This document shows, piece after piece, positions 27,922 through 37,195 of a DNA stretch of 64,000 nt; the first letter of the stretch is position 1; each line of letters starts with the position of its first letter. Source of the stretch: a virus (taxonomy: Duplodnaviria > Caudoviricetes); the IMG/VR virus record IMGVR_UViG_3300029288_004596, positions 96,001 through 160,000 of that record; one strand, 5' to 3'. The position numbers were made by a program, and so were the translations under genes. The notes beneath the pieces were generated by a model that ran no database searches, had not been told where the DNA came from, and was given only the letters and a program-made list of their open reading frames with translations.

Positions 27922-28187
27922 TATTTTATTCTATTGGTTTAGTGTTGCTCATCTTATATGTTAAGGCTGTAGTCCTGGAGATGAAGAAAGAGGATCCTGA
28001 TGGCATTGCTGGCGCAATCTTTGGTTTCTGTCTCCTTACCGCGTTACCGGTTCTGACATTGCATTTATGTCTTATTCCTGCCAAAGAGATAATTTATTAT
28101 ACTCTTCGGTCTGTCATATTCCTTATGGGATTCTGGACTGTCCAGGGTCTCTTCTCTATCAGGACCCCTAGGTGGAGGGAGTGGTAG
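27918..28187 (+). CDS. Membrane protein
   Basis: Three hydrophobic segments. Confidence 0.6.
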   Translation: MIFYSIGLVLLILYVKAVVLEMKKEDPDGIAGAIFGFCLLTALPVLTLHLCLIPAKEIIYYTLRSVIFLMGFWTVQGLFSIRTPRWREW

Positions 28188-28188
28188 C

Positions 28189-28461
28189 ATGATCTGGTAT
28201 TCTATGTTTGTAGTTGTTTATATACTTGCTTTTAAGAAATTGTGCGTGCGCTTATGGACTATTGCTGAGAATGATGTTAATCTTAAATGTTTTACTCTCT
28301 TTGTATTGGTTCTTATACTGGCTCCTATAGTTCTTGTCTCTCTCCACTTGAGATATGAACTTGGTATCCCCTGGAATACAGTTATTCTCTATAACTGTGT
28401 GGCTTTGGTATTCCTGCTTGGGTATCATATTCCTATGAAGAGAAGAAACAACTGGAGGTAG
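28189..28461 (+). CDS. Membrane protein
   Basis: Three hydrophobic segments. Confidence 0.6.
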   Translation: MIWYSMFVVVYILAFKKLCVRLWTIAENDVNLKCFTLFVLVLILAPIVLVSLHLRYELGIPWNTVILYNCVALVFLLGYHIPMKRRNNWR

Positions 28462-28573
28462 ACTATGGATTATAAGATAATTGTTTATTATTTTCTGGTT
28501 GGTGTAGGAGTTGGAGGAGTAGTCAGACTTCTTAAGTGGCTGGCCTCCAGACCTAGAAATGTGAGGTGGTGAC

Positions 28574-29284
28574 ATGAACCGCAAGTTATTGTTTGAATAC
28601 TTGGATGGACTTTTTGAACCAGGGGGCTTTGGTTTAAAAGAGTGTTGTTGTGAAGATCCAGATTATGATTCCTTTACTGTGTACAATAGGAAGTTTCCCT
28701 TGTATGGAGTAACGGGACCCTTTACCCCAGAGGGGTTTGAGTCTGAGGATGGATATCGCTTCTTCTCACTTCTAAGACACCTTCTAGAACCCATTATACA
28801 GTTTCACTATCAGCCATCTCCGGAGGGAATTAAGTACTTTAGATCTCTATGGCCTGATAAAGAAGAAGCTGACTCTGCGATACCTATGGAGGAACTGGAG
28901 GCTAGACTTGCTATCCTTGTTTCTGTCAATAGGGTTAATGCCAGATTGCCTAAGGAGTGCAGGTTTGAGCGCAGGATTACTCTGGACAGAGTGGATGTTT
29001 GTCTTTTTAAGTTTGTTGATGAGTATGACTTAGTGTTGCTGGACAAGTTTCAGGCGGATGGTCAAGACGACAACTCTGAGGATGCCCTTGTAGCTAAGGG
29101 TCTTGAGCTCCTGGCTGATTACTATTCTGATAAGGCGACTAGTTATCTTGCCTTGCACAAGAAGTTTGGCAAGATGGCTAATGAAGTGCGTGTTCTTCAC
29201 ACCCGTCCTGCAGGCTCAGCCCAGGAGAAGCCTCCCTGTGATACTTGTCTGTGGGATTACCTAAGAAAGAATGAGAGGCGCTAA
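28574..29284 (+). CDS. Hypothetical protein, paralogue of 31223
   Basis: MNxxxLFxYLxxLxxxGGFxL N-terminus. Confidence 0.7.
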   Translation: MNRKLLFEYLDGLFEPGGFGLKECCCEDPDYDSFTVYNRKFPLYGVTGPFTPEGFESEDGYRFFSLLRHLLEPIIQFHYQPSPEGIKYFRSLWPDKEEADSAIPMEELEARLAILVSVNRVNARLPKECRFERRITLDRVDVCLFKFVDEYDLVLLDKFQADGQDDNSEDALVAKGLELLADYYSDKATSYLALHKKFGKMANEVRVLHTRPAGSAQEKPPCDTCLWDYLRKNERR

Positions 29285-29285
29285 T

Positions 29286-29801
29286 ATGACAGTGAAGAGA
29301 CTGGCCAAGATTATGGCTAAGAGATTCCAGGAATACCCAGGCATAACCTTTGAACCTGGGGCTTGTGGCGTCTATGTGGATATACTGGGCACCACTATTG
29401 GGGTTCCCTTCCATAGGGAAGACCCAGTGGATACTGCTGTGCTCAGGTTTTACCATGATTCCATGGAAAAAATTGAATGGGGAAAGAACTGTCCTGGCTA
29501 TGTTTATGGGGTGCTCTTAAATGAGTTGAGGAGATCCTTAGGCATAAGGGTAGGGATGAAACTAAAGTATCTAAAGTCTAGACTCAAGGGAATAGCTAAG
29601 ATTACCTTCAGGAATGAGGAATCTGATATCCTCGTAGAGTCTGGGATCTCTTCCAGTGTGATACCTGTCAGGAAAGTGACGGAACTATTGCTGGAAGATG
29701 ACAATGCTTTAGCTTCTACCATTCTCACTAGGGTGGTCAGTCATTTGTGCAAGACCAATGGAATAGTGGGAGACCTAATGGAAGAGTACAGGGATGCTTA
29801 A
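29286..29801 (+). CDS. Hypothetical protein
   Basis: GAGG RBS; weak similarity to 30441 and 38421. Confidence 0.65.
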   Translation: MTVKRLAKIMAKRFQEYPGITFEPGACGVYVDILGTTIGVPFHREDPVDTAVLRFYHDSMEKIEWGKNCPGYVYGVLLNELRRSLGIRVGMKLKYLKSRLKGIAKITFRNEESDILVESGISSSVIPVRKVTELLLEDDNALASTILTRVVSHLCKTNGIVGDLMEEYRDA

Positions 29802-30438
29802 CTTTAGGAATGAATGTTCTATAGCCGATCATATGTTTAGTCGTCTCAGCGAGTTCGACTGGATAGTGGGGGCTACATTTGATGGCCCCTTTGAGGTCTG
29901 GGCTAATCTTGGGAGAGCTCCCAGAGAAGAGACTCTTTTCACTTTGAACCCAGCCGATCCTAAGTATTACTTAGAAGGCAAGTTCTTATACTACAAGATG
30001 TTCCAGGATATCTTACATGGCATAGTGGAGAAGGGTGGTATCTATACTGGGGAACAGGAAAAGTTTAATGTCCTGTTTCCCACTGAGGAACAGTTGAACT
30101 CTGTAGAGTTTCCCCTTGAGCTTGCTATTCAGTTTGAGTGTGACGCTCTTCGAGACAGGATACTTGGTGGGATGCATGACTATGTAAGTCTAGAGGTTTA
30201 CCCCAGTCCTTATCCTAATCATACCAATGGAGAGATTATCTTCGATTGCACTGTGCATTTTATGAATAAGACTTATGAGCGCCAGTTCAATATCGCTGGC
30301 AAGGCTCCTAAGGATATGTATGAGGAAGCTCAGAAAACCTTCAGGTCCTTTGTCAAAAAGCGTTTTAAGAAACTGGTTGAGAAGTACACTGTGGTCCTTA
30401 GCGAGTGCATTACAACCTATGACTGTTATAAGAGGTAA
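29794..30438 (+). CDS. Hypothetical protein
   Basis: Overlap-coupled ORF 214 aa. Confidence 0.65.
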   Translation: MLNFRNECSIADHMFSRLSEFDWIVGATFDGPFEVWANLGRAPREETLFTLNPADPKYYLEGKFLYYKMFQDILHGIVEKGGIYTGEQEKFNVLFPTEEQLNSVEFPLELAIQFECDALRDRILGGMHDYVSLEVYPSPYPNHTNGEIIFDCTVHFMNKTYERQFNIAGKAPKDMYEEAQKTFRSFVKKRFKKLVEKYTVVLSECITTYDCYKR

Positions 30439-30440
30439 TC

Positions 30441-31007
30441 ATGGATAAGACTAAGACTGTTGTTGCCATAGGCTCTATGTTTGAGCTGTCTTTTGCTTCT
30501 GTGTTTCTGGATAATGACTATGTAGTTCTGGATATCTGCGGGAGCTACTCTAAGTACAGGAAGTTCCGGTCCCAGATAGTGGATTCAGACTCCAAGGAGA
30601 AGGCTGCCCTTAGATTTTTGGTGGATGCTCTGGCTCAGGTTCACTGTATCAATCATGCTGGAGATATCCTTGACGCTCTTTACTCAGCAAGATTTAAGAT
30701 TATCTGGGAGTTGGTTAAGCCAGTCCTTAAGAGACTGGACAAGACTGTGCCAGAAATATACTTCATCTATAGGGGTTCTGGAGCTGTGGAAGCCTCCTAT
30801 GATGGGATTCGGATCTTTGAGATAGGCGCTGACGCTCTAGGCGATATCCTCCTTGAGGACGAAGACTTGGAGAAGATAGTCAGGGAAGGCCTCCTTGGAT
30901 ATGTTCGGGAAGAGATAAAGACTTGCAAAGATAAGATTGGAAAGCTTGTGGAGATAGAGAACCTTGCCCGCTATGGCAGGAGGACTCGTTATCCAGGGAT
31001 TCCATAA
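30441..31007 (+). CDS. Hypothetical protein
   Basis: GAGGT RBS. Confidence 0.65.
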   Translation: MDKTKTVVAIGSMFELSFASVFLDNDYVVLDICGSYSKYRKFRSQIVDSDSKEKAALRFLVDALAQVHCINHAGDILDALYSARFKIIWELVKPVLKRLDKTVPEIYFIYRGSGAVEASYDGIRIFEIGADALGDILLEDEDLEKIVREGLLGYVREEIKTCKDKIGKLVEIENLARYGRRTRYPGIP

Positions 31008-31036
31008 GACGTGTGATGGCTTATGCCTAGATCACT

Positions 31037-31212
31037 AATGGGTGTTGCTGTTAAAGTTTATACTTTTGGGCGACTGGACGATCAACCTAGCGCAAGGCTA
31101 GTGGGAAATTCAGGGTGGATGCTAACCACGTTATACAACCAAGGGACTGCCCCTGATTGCTGTAGGTCCGCGTTGATTCTTTTATAGGGAACCTCGCCCA
31201 ATACACACCCAT
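31037..31212 (+). ncRNA. Putative structured RNA
   Basis: Nested pairings ATGGGTGT/ACACCCAT, TTGGGCGA/TCGCCCAA, GATCAAC/GTTGATT, TCAGGG/CCCTGA. Confidence 0.45.
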
Positions 31213-31222
31213 AGGAGAAGTC

Positions 31223-31807
31223 ATGAATTATGAGGTATTGTTTTACTACTTAAATAGACTTCTTAGGACTGGAGGGTTTAGTCTGGAGACTGTAGAACCT
31301 GACTTGTATAGTCTGGTCTCTATCTACAGGCTGGGGACTGGCTCTACTGGGGAGAGATCTGCCCCAGTGAATCTTAGTTCCTATGAGTCTGGGAAGAACT
31401 TTTATTTCTACAGACTCATAAAGGACCTGCTGGATCTAACTCCAGACCTTTCTGAGGTTATTCAGCGCCCTAAGGACCTAGACTCTTTGGAACTGCCCAA
31501 GAAACTGGCTGCAGACCTTATAGCTTCTCATTTCAGGAAGCTCCTTGATAGTCAGTTGCCTAGTGGATTTAAGTCCATATGCGTAGCCACTGGCGAGTCT
31601 GAGATGCTCTGTTGCATCGTCCTGACTGACAAGGGCAAGTCTAGGATCATAAAGGACAAAGTCTTTGATCCTTTCAGCGTTTCTGTGGACTCCATTATGT
31701 TGTGGTGTTCCAAGAATGTATTTAGTTATTATCATAAGGAGATATCTAATCAGCTGGCTATGTGCAAGACGCTTTTGGACCAGCTGAGCTATCTCCTTAG
31801 AGACTAA
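31223..31807 (+). CDS. Hypothetical protein, paralogue of 28574
   Basis: AGGAG RBS, shared N-terminus. Confidence 0.7.
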   Translation: MNYEVLFYYLNRLLRTGGFSLETVEPDLYSLVSIYRLGTGSTGERSAPVNLSSYESGKNFYFYRLIKDLLDLTPDLSEVIQRPKDLDSLELPKKLAADLIASHFRKLLDSQLPSGFKSICVATGESEMLCCIVLTDKGKSRIIKDKVFDPFSVSVDSIMLWCSKNVFSYYHKEISNQLAMCKTLLDQLSYLLRD

Positions 31808-31809
31808 TA

Positions 31810-32080
31810 AGTAAACGGGGAGTAGCTTGCCTTTGTTTACTCATTACAGTGGGAGGTCTAGACAGTCCCGGCTAGCCTTGGGGGCTGTAAACGTTCCTTG
31901 CCAGCGAGTGAGAACTACCTCCCACGATTGGAGTTCCCATGGATTATATACTTTTAGTTATACTTATACTCTTGTGGTTGCTGGCAGAGCTTCTCGACTC
32001 TTACAGGAGAGGCGACGACCCTGCCAGATCAATAACTCATGAGCGTCCTGACTTGCCAGGGGAGCCTCCCACAAGCAGGA
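31810..32080 (+). ncRNA. Putative structured RNA(s)
   Basis: GTGGGAGGT/ACCTCCCAC three-way junction; CTTGTGG/CCACAAG enclosing CTGGCAG/CTGCCAG. Confidence 0.4.
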
Positions 32081-32095
32081 GGAGAGGAGGTAGAC

Positions 32096-32686
32096 ATGGA
32101 TAAGATATATGAGTTGCTTAGCGATCATGAACATGATTCCCTGAGAAGAAGACTTCTTGGTAAAGGTCATGTTGATAAGGTTTTGCATACTCTTAATGAG
32201 AATCTTGATATCCCTATCAATTATGCTGCTAGAGAGGGCTGTATAGATTGCTGCAGTATACTAATGGAGGCAGGATCTACACCAGGGCATGATTTCTATA
32301 TAGGTGAGTTAGGGGTGTTCTCCCCGTTGTTTGTGGCTGCTGGCAAGGACCAGTTGGAGTGTATGAAGTGGCTGATAGACAATGGGTTTCCTATGGATCC
32401 TATGCCATACCTTGCGGGAGTTACTCTGTTCACCTATACTATCCATAGAAGAGCCAAGTCCACATTTTCTTATCTGCTAGATAAGGTAGACCTTAACTTG
32501 GCTGCTCCTAATGGCGCAACTCCAATGGTTGAATCTATTGGCGGGCTCAGTTGGGAGGATGACTCTTTCTTTGCTAAGTCTCTTGTAGAGCATGGAGCTA
32601 ACATTGATAACTTGGAGAGTCTTATATCTTTGGCCTCAGGTAAGGGTCATAGGATAGCGTATAATTATCTGTGTAGTCTTAGGTAG
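32096..32686 (+). CDS. Ankyrin-repeat protein
   Basis: PINYAAREG, SPLFVAAG..Q.ECMKWLI, GATPM, LVEHGANI; GGAGGT RBS. Confidence 0.75.
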   Translation: MDKIYELLSDHEHDSLRRRLLGKGHVDKVLHTLNENLDIPINYAAREGCIDCCSILMEAGSTPGHDFYIGELGVFSPLFVAAGKDQLECMKWLIDNGFPMDPMPYLAGVTLFTYTIHRRAKSTFSYLLDKVDLNLAAPNGATPMVESIGGLSWEDDSFFAKSLVEHGANIDNLESLISLASGKGHRIAYNYLCSLR

Positions 32687-32719
32687 TACATCCTGTACTG
32701 AGGAAAAGAGCTAGTTATT

Positions 32720-32965
32720 ATGAGGATAAACTGGGAAAGTGGTCTTGTCTCTATAAGAGTAGGAGGCAAAGACTTTGAGGTTATGCAGCACTGCGGAAAG
32801 TATAACGGACACACCTTCTTTGTGATGGAAGTGTCTGGAAAGTTCCATCCAGAGTGGTGCATGCATGGTATGAACTTAGGCAAGCCTGTTGATACCCTTG
32901 CTAAGGCGCAACAGGTCTGTGAGAAGTTTATTGTAACACGAAAACTTCATAGGAGTGTGGCATGA
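32720..32965 (+). CDS. Hypothetical protein
   Basis: ORF in operon. Confidence 0.55.
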   Translation: MRINWESGLVSIRVGGKDFEVMQHCGKYNGHTFFVMEVSGKFHPEWCMHGMNLGKPVDTLAKAQQVCEKFIVTRKLHRSVA

Positions 32966-33333
32966 AACCAAAAGAGATTGAAGAGATCTTGGATATGGTA
33001 GGCAAGAAGATTGCCACCATTACTACCCCGGCCATGAAGGCCACCTTAGAGGCTATGTTCTATAGCAGCGTGGTCCAGATAGGGGCTGGGATTGTTTTCC
33101 TGGTTCTGACTATCTTTATGATCAGAGCTATTATCAAGTGTAGGTGGCAGGCTGATGCTAACCAGGACAAGTGGACCTACTATACTGTCTGCACTACTAT
33201 CTATGTTTCTATTGGCGGCATATCTTTTATAGGGACCCTTATGTGTTTAGCTGATAGGGCTGCCTGGATAGGGCTGTTCTCTCCATCAGGGAAGTTAGCT
33301 TGGGTTATACTGTCTAAACTAACAGGGCAGTGA
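32962..33333 (+). CDS. Membrane protein
   Basis: Two TM segments, AGGAG RBS. Confidence 0.65.
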   Translation: MKPKEIEEILDMVGKKIATITTPAMKATLEAMFYSSVVQIGAGIVFLVLTIFMIRAIIKCRWQADANQDKWTYYTVCTTIYVSIGGISFIGTLMCLADRAAWIGLFSPSGKLAWVILSKLTGQ

Positions 33334-33338
33334 TACAT

Positions 33339-33527
33339 CAGGGAGTAGCTCAGTGGTAGAGCGCCTGTTGCAGTTCAGATGGTTAACCCTGACTGCAAGG
33401 ATTGCTATGGGGGAGATTCCACTGAAGGTATAATAGTTGACTGATCATCGCTACTATACTGGTTGGGGTTCCCATAGAGTCTTATGTAACATACAGGAGG
33501 TCCGGGGTTCAAATCCTTGCTCCCTGA
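33339..33527 (+). tRNA. tRNA (Val-like) with a 124-nt structured region in place of the 7-nt anticodon loop
   Basis: CAGGGAG/CTCCCTG acceptor, GCTC-AGTGGTA-GAGC D arm, CCTGT/ACAGG stem, CGGGG-TTCAAAT-CCTTG T arm, A73. Confidence 0.75.
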
Positions 33528-33531
33528 ATAT

Positions 33532-33599
33532 GGAAGACTTAGTTTAATGAGAAAACTATCGACGGGTAATGTGTGGTTTGATTCCCACAGTCTTCCCCA
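33532..33599 (+). tRNA. 68-nt tRNA-like RNA with 8-bp His-type acceptor, encoded CCA and truncated anticodon arm
   Basis: GGAAGACT/AGTCTTCC-CCA, GTTT/AAAC D arm, TATC-GACG-GGTA, GG-TTTGATT-CC T loop. Confidence 0.6.
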
Positions 33600-33613
33600 C
33601 TATAGGTGATACT

Positions 33614-33868
33614 ATGAAAATTGCTCTTACTATTGTTGTTGCTCTATTAGTACTGACTGTACTAGGAACCATCTTCCTTATCTATTACTCTTCAGATTCA
33701 GGATATATGATAGTTACTAGACACACCCCTAAGGGGGATGTTTCAACCACATACTCTGGTTACGTGGGCTATGATATATCCTGGAAGTATAAGGTGCTGT
33801 CCTTGGACTATGGGAAATATACATACTACTATGAGATAGATAACTGTGATGTTAGGGTGTACAAATGA
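33614..33868 (+). CDS. Membrane-anchored hypothetical protein
   Basis: AGGTG RBS, N-terminal TM. Confidence 0.65.
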   Translation: MKIALTIVVALLVLTVLGTIFLIYYSSDSGYMIVTRHTPKGDVSTTYSGYVGYDISWKYKVLSLDYGKYTYYYEIDNCDVRVYK

Positions 33869-34386
33869 TGAAACTATTGATATTTGTTCTTATCCTGTTA
33901 ACTTTTTCTCCTTGTTATGCTGGAGTTTTAGAGGAAGCTAATAAGTTAATCTCTGAGAACAAGAGTATTCAGACTGAGATAGATGCTATGAATGAGAGAT
34001 GGTTCTTTGATAACTATGGAGATAATAGAGATGCTGTCATAGAGCTTGTCTGGAGATACAGAGAGAACATGGAACGCTATAATGAGTTGAGAGCTACTAG
34101 GGAAGGTTCTTCCCTGATGCCTATGCCTACTGCTCATCACTGTTTGACTAAAGAATATATCCCTCATACTAGATCTGAGTTGTACGCAAAGAAGATTCAG
34201 GAAGCTAAGGATAAGAAGGAGTCTGCCAAGTCGAAGAAGGAGTTCATCTATGATCTAAAGCTCACTGGTTTGATTACTCTAGGTGTAGTAAGTGCTGTGG
34301 CTTTCTTCTTTTTCATTATAAACTTTGTGACTTGGTACAGAGACAGACCTAAGAAAGATAAACCTAAGGAAGATATAGAATACTAG
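33865..34386 (+). CDS. Signal-peptide plus C-terminal TM protein
   Basis: MMKLLIFVLILLTFSPCYA. Confidence 0.65.
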   Translation: MMKLLIFVLILLTFSPCYAGVLEEANKLISENKSIQTEIDAMNERWFFDNYGDNRDAVIELVWRYRENMERYNELRATREGSSLMPMPTAHHCLTKEYIPHTRSELYAKKIQEAKDKKESAKSKKEFIYDLKLTGLITLGVVSAVAFFFFIINFVTWYRDRPKKDKPKEDIEY

Positions 34387-34388
34387 GA

Positions 34389-34931
34389 GTGGATATGGAT
34401 AGAGCAATTATAGTGGATAGTAATAATCAGTGTTCCTACTACTATCCATACGAGGTATCTCTTGAGGATGGGGAACTTGAGGTAGCCATTAAGTTTGCCA
34501 ACGCTATGATCCTACTATATAGAGTAGAGAAAACTGGTAATACATATGTGCTAGAGGGTAGTAAGAGTTCCTATGAGAAGATTGTACAAAACATATCTAA
34601 GGACCCTACCTGTTTTCCAGACAAGTCATATAAGGATGCTAGCTATCCTATCTACTCTATAGTGACTAGGGATGGGAGCGACTTTGTAGAGAAGGTTACT
34701 ATCTCTGTATGCGCTCTGCCTTCCATTAGCACTAGAGTTGTTGATAGGTATAGAATCTTTATAGACCAAGGGGACTATCATATGGGGTGCTGCACTTACC
34801 ATGAGAGTACTAAGATGGGCAGGAAACTAAAGGCTCTCTACGATTCTATGGTAGAGAAGTATTCTATTCAGGATGTAGTAGAAGTAGAAAGGAAGGGATT
34901 AGGAGAAGTTCTCTTTGGTGAGGTGTCATGA
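34389..34931 (+). CDS. Hypothetical protein, paralogue of 27409
   Basis: Shared C-terminal half; start may be 34395. Confidence 0.7.
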   Translation: MDMDRAIIVDSNNQCSYYYPYEVSLEDGELEVAIKFANAMILLYRVEKTGNTYVLEGSKSSYEKIVQNISKDPTCFPDKSYKDASYPIYSIVTRDGSDFVEKVTISVCALPSISTRVVDRYRIFIDQGDYHMGCCTYHESTKMGRKLKALYDSMVEKYSIQDVVEVERKGLGEVLFGEVS

Positions 34932-35347
34932 GTAAGGTTGAGGATGATGCTCTCTTTGCGGAGATAATAAAAACTATGGATGTGAAGAAGGGTGAGTTCT
35001 ATCCTTATTCTACATACTATGGGGAGAACTATATACTGAAGTTTCAGGTGAGTAAGGGCTTAGCTTTAAGGTTGTGCAAAGATAATGGTTCATCTCGTAT
35101 TATGTATACCTATATGTTTGAGGGGTTCTTTACTCATTGGAATAGTACGTGGGAGGTTGTTCCTAGTCCCTTTGTTGACAAGGTTGCAACTATGATGGAT
35201 ACCAAGTTGTTAGAGTATGTGGAAAAGAAGAAAGCTCTGGCTGACTCAGAGAAGAGACTTGCTGAGAAGAAGGCTAAAGAGTTTGTTAGTAGTTTGAGAC
35301 GTGAGAGACCTGCCAAGAAAAGGAAGGTAGAGTCTTTTGACTACTAG
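34928..35347 (+). CDS. Hypothetical protein, paralogue of 35356
   Basis: Similar layout, both end ExFDY. Confidence 0.65.
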   Translation: MSKVEDDALFAEIIKTMDVKKGEFYPYSTYYGENYILKFQVSKGLALRLCKDNGSSRIMYTYMFEGFFTHWNSTWEVVPSPFVDKVATMMDTKLLEYVEKKKALADSEKRLAEKKAKEFVSSLRRERPAKKRKVESFDY

Positions 35348-35355
35348 GTGGAGAC

Positions 35356-35787
35356 ATGAGTGAAGTATATTCTGATACTCTACTGAGAGAGTTGTTCCCT
35401 ACTCTACAAGATAGGAAGTACAGACTTATCATAGAAAATAGGGATTGCTATAAGGGGTATTGGGGAGATAGGGTAAATTACGGACTAAGATTTAGCATAT
35501 CGTGGTTTAAGTGGATAGATGTTATCTATGATGAGGGATGCTCCACTGTTCGTTACAGGTTAGTGTTTCCTTTTAGTTTTATTCCTACTACAGAAGGACT
35601 AGTTCCTGATGAGTTGAAGATTCCCTTTATTGATATGATTGCTGTTGAAGAAAAAAAGTATAAGGAAAGACTAAAGCTTAAGTGTGATGAGAAAGCTAAA
35701 GTGGAAAGACAGAAGGCTAAGATAGATGCACAAAAGGCTATTAAGTGTGCCAAGAAGATATCTAGTAGAGAGCCCTTTGACTATTAG
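35356..35787 (+). CDS. Hypothetical protein, paralogue of 34928
   Basis: Ends EPFDY. Confidence 0.65.
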   Translation: MSEVYSDTLLRELFPTLQDRKYRLIIENRDCYKGYWGDRVNYGLRFSISWFKWIDVIYDEGCSTVRYRLVFPFSFIPTTEGLVPDELKIPFIDMIAVEEKKYKERLKLKCDEKAKVERQKAKIDAQKAIKCAKKISSREPFDY

Positions 35788-35803
35788 GAAAGGAGACCTT
35801 ACA

Positions 35804-36094
35804 ATGGGATTTACTGAATATAACTATGCTCTATATGTAGGGTATGTTTTACTATTAATTTTTATTGGATTAATAACTGCTGCAATAGTAACCAAAGATG
35901 ATTCCCTTGGGGCTTTTAGTACAGGCTGGGTATTTCTACCAGCTGTAGCGTTCTTCTGTCTATACTTTGAGTATGGAGATAGGTCTGTGTTTATGGGTCA
36001 TCTCTCTTTTCTACTTGGGTGTTCTATTACCCTTATTCCTATTATAATAAAAAGAATCTTATGTCGCGCTAAGGTGGTTAACTATGAATACTAG
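35804..36094 (+). CDS. Membrane protein
   Basis: AAAGGAG RBS, three TM. Confidence 0.65.
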   Translation: MGFTEYNYALYVGYVLLLIFIGLITAAIVTKDDSLGAFSTGWVFLPAVAFFCLYFEYGDRSVFMGHLSFLLGCSITLIPIIIKRILCRAKVVNYEY

Positions 36095-36392
36095 TTTTAC
36101 TCCAGAGGATGCAGTTTGGTGCGCACATGCTAGTTATGTCTTTTTCTCCCTTATATTTGTATTTGGTATCCCATTCTTTAAGTCAAAGGGTATATTAGAT
36201 GTGTGTGGACTAGGTATGTGTTCCGCAATAGTCCTTTACTTGGGGATCTCTATTGACTTTATCAGGAATACTAAAGACTGGACTCTACTTAATAATCAGA
36301 TGTCCTTCCTTACTGGGTATCTCATCCCAGTAGTCCTGTTTAACATGTTTAGTAAGATTGTCTCTGAGAGGAGGAGTCGTCGTGAATATTAG
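36084..36392 (+). CDS. Membrane protein
   Basis: Three TM, resembles preceding gene. Confidence 0.6.
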   Translation: MNTSFTPEDAVWCAHASYVFFSLIFVFGIPFFKSKGILDVCGLGMCSAIVLYLGISIDFIRNTKDWTLLNNQMSFLTGYLIPVVLFNMFSKIVSERRSRREY

Positions 36393-36479
36393 TTATCTAT
36401 TCTGGGGGTTTGTTGTCAGCTCCACTATATATGTGGTGTCCCTTATCATACCCCACTGCCATAAGAAGAAGAAAGACTC

Positions 36480-36758
36480 ATGGGATTTGTAGAACTAGCA
36501 GAACTGTGGCATAAAGAGACTGCCCTTCATTCTTCTATCTCTATTATATGTGAGCACTGGGCTTATCAAGAGATAATCAAGATGGGTATGCCTGTGGTGC
36601 CTCTTATACTGAAGGATATGGAGACCACCCATGGGCATTGGTTCCATGCTCTTACTAAGATAACAGGGGAGAACCCTATACCAGGAGAACATGCTGGTCA
36701 TGTAAACTCAATGGTAGAGGATTGGCTTGCTCTTGGCAGAGAAAGAGGTTGGATATGA
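36480..36758 (+). CDS. Conserved-looking hypothetical protein
   Basis: HWAYQEIIxMG..VPLIL..HWFxAL..ITGENP pattern. Confidence 0.6.
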   Translation: MGFVELAELWHKETALHSSISIICEHWAYQEIIKMGMPVVPLILKDMETTHGHWFHALTKITGENPIPGEHAGHVNSMVEDWLALGRERGWI

Positions 36759-37195
36759 GCACTGGCAGTTCCAATACTAAACCCTTTAAGCTCTTCCAGA
36801 TAAGGTGGGCTGAGAAGTTAGGACTACAGGAAGCCCCTTATCTTATAAGGTGGACTCTTATACTCTTTGGGTATAGCATTAGACTGCACCACTGGATTAA
36901 GAGTGATGACAGAAGGTTCTTTCATGACCATTCCTGTGACCTCATCTCCCTTATAATAAAGGGTAAGTATAAAAATGTTACCCCAGATGGAACCTTTGAA
37001 GCAGTGGCTTGGAAGCCTAGGAAGATGAAGGCTACTGTCCAGCACTACCTGGATATTCCAGTGGAAGGGGCTTGGACTATTATATTTTGTGGTAGACCCT
37101 ACCATAAGTGGGGGTTCTATGTGAGGGGTAAGAGGATTAGACCCTTGGAGTACTTCCATAGATATGGTATTATACAGGATAGGTGGTATCAATGA
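36755..37195 (+). CDS. Cupin-like phage protein
   Basis: RLHH..SDD..HDH, HYL, WGF. Confidence 0.6.
   Translation: MSTGSSNTKPFKLFQIRWAEKLGLQEAPYLIRWTLILFGYSIRLHHWIKSDDRRFFHDHSCDLISLIIKGKYKNVTPDGTFEAVAWKPRKMKATVQHYLDIPVEGAWTIIFCGRPYHKWGFYVRGKRIRPLEYFHRYGIIQDRWYQ

Noticed and set aside
33370-33486. Canonical group I or archaeal BHB intron
   Set aside because: Too short for a group I core, no P7 motif seen, and no bulge-helix-bulge at the boundaries
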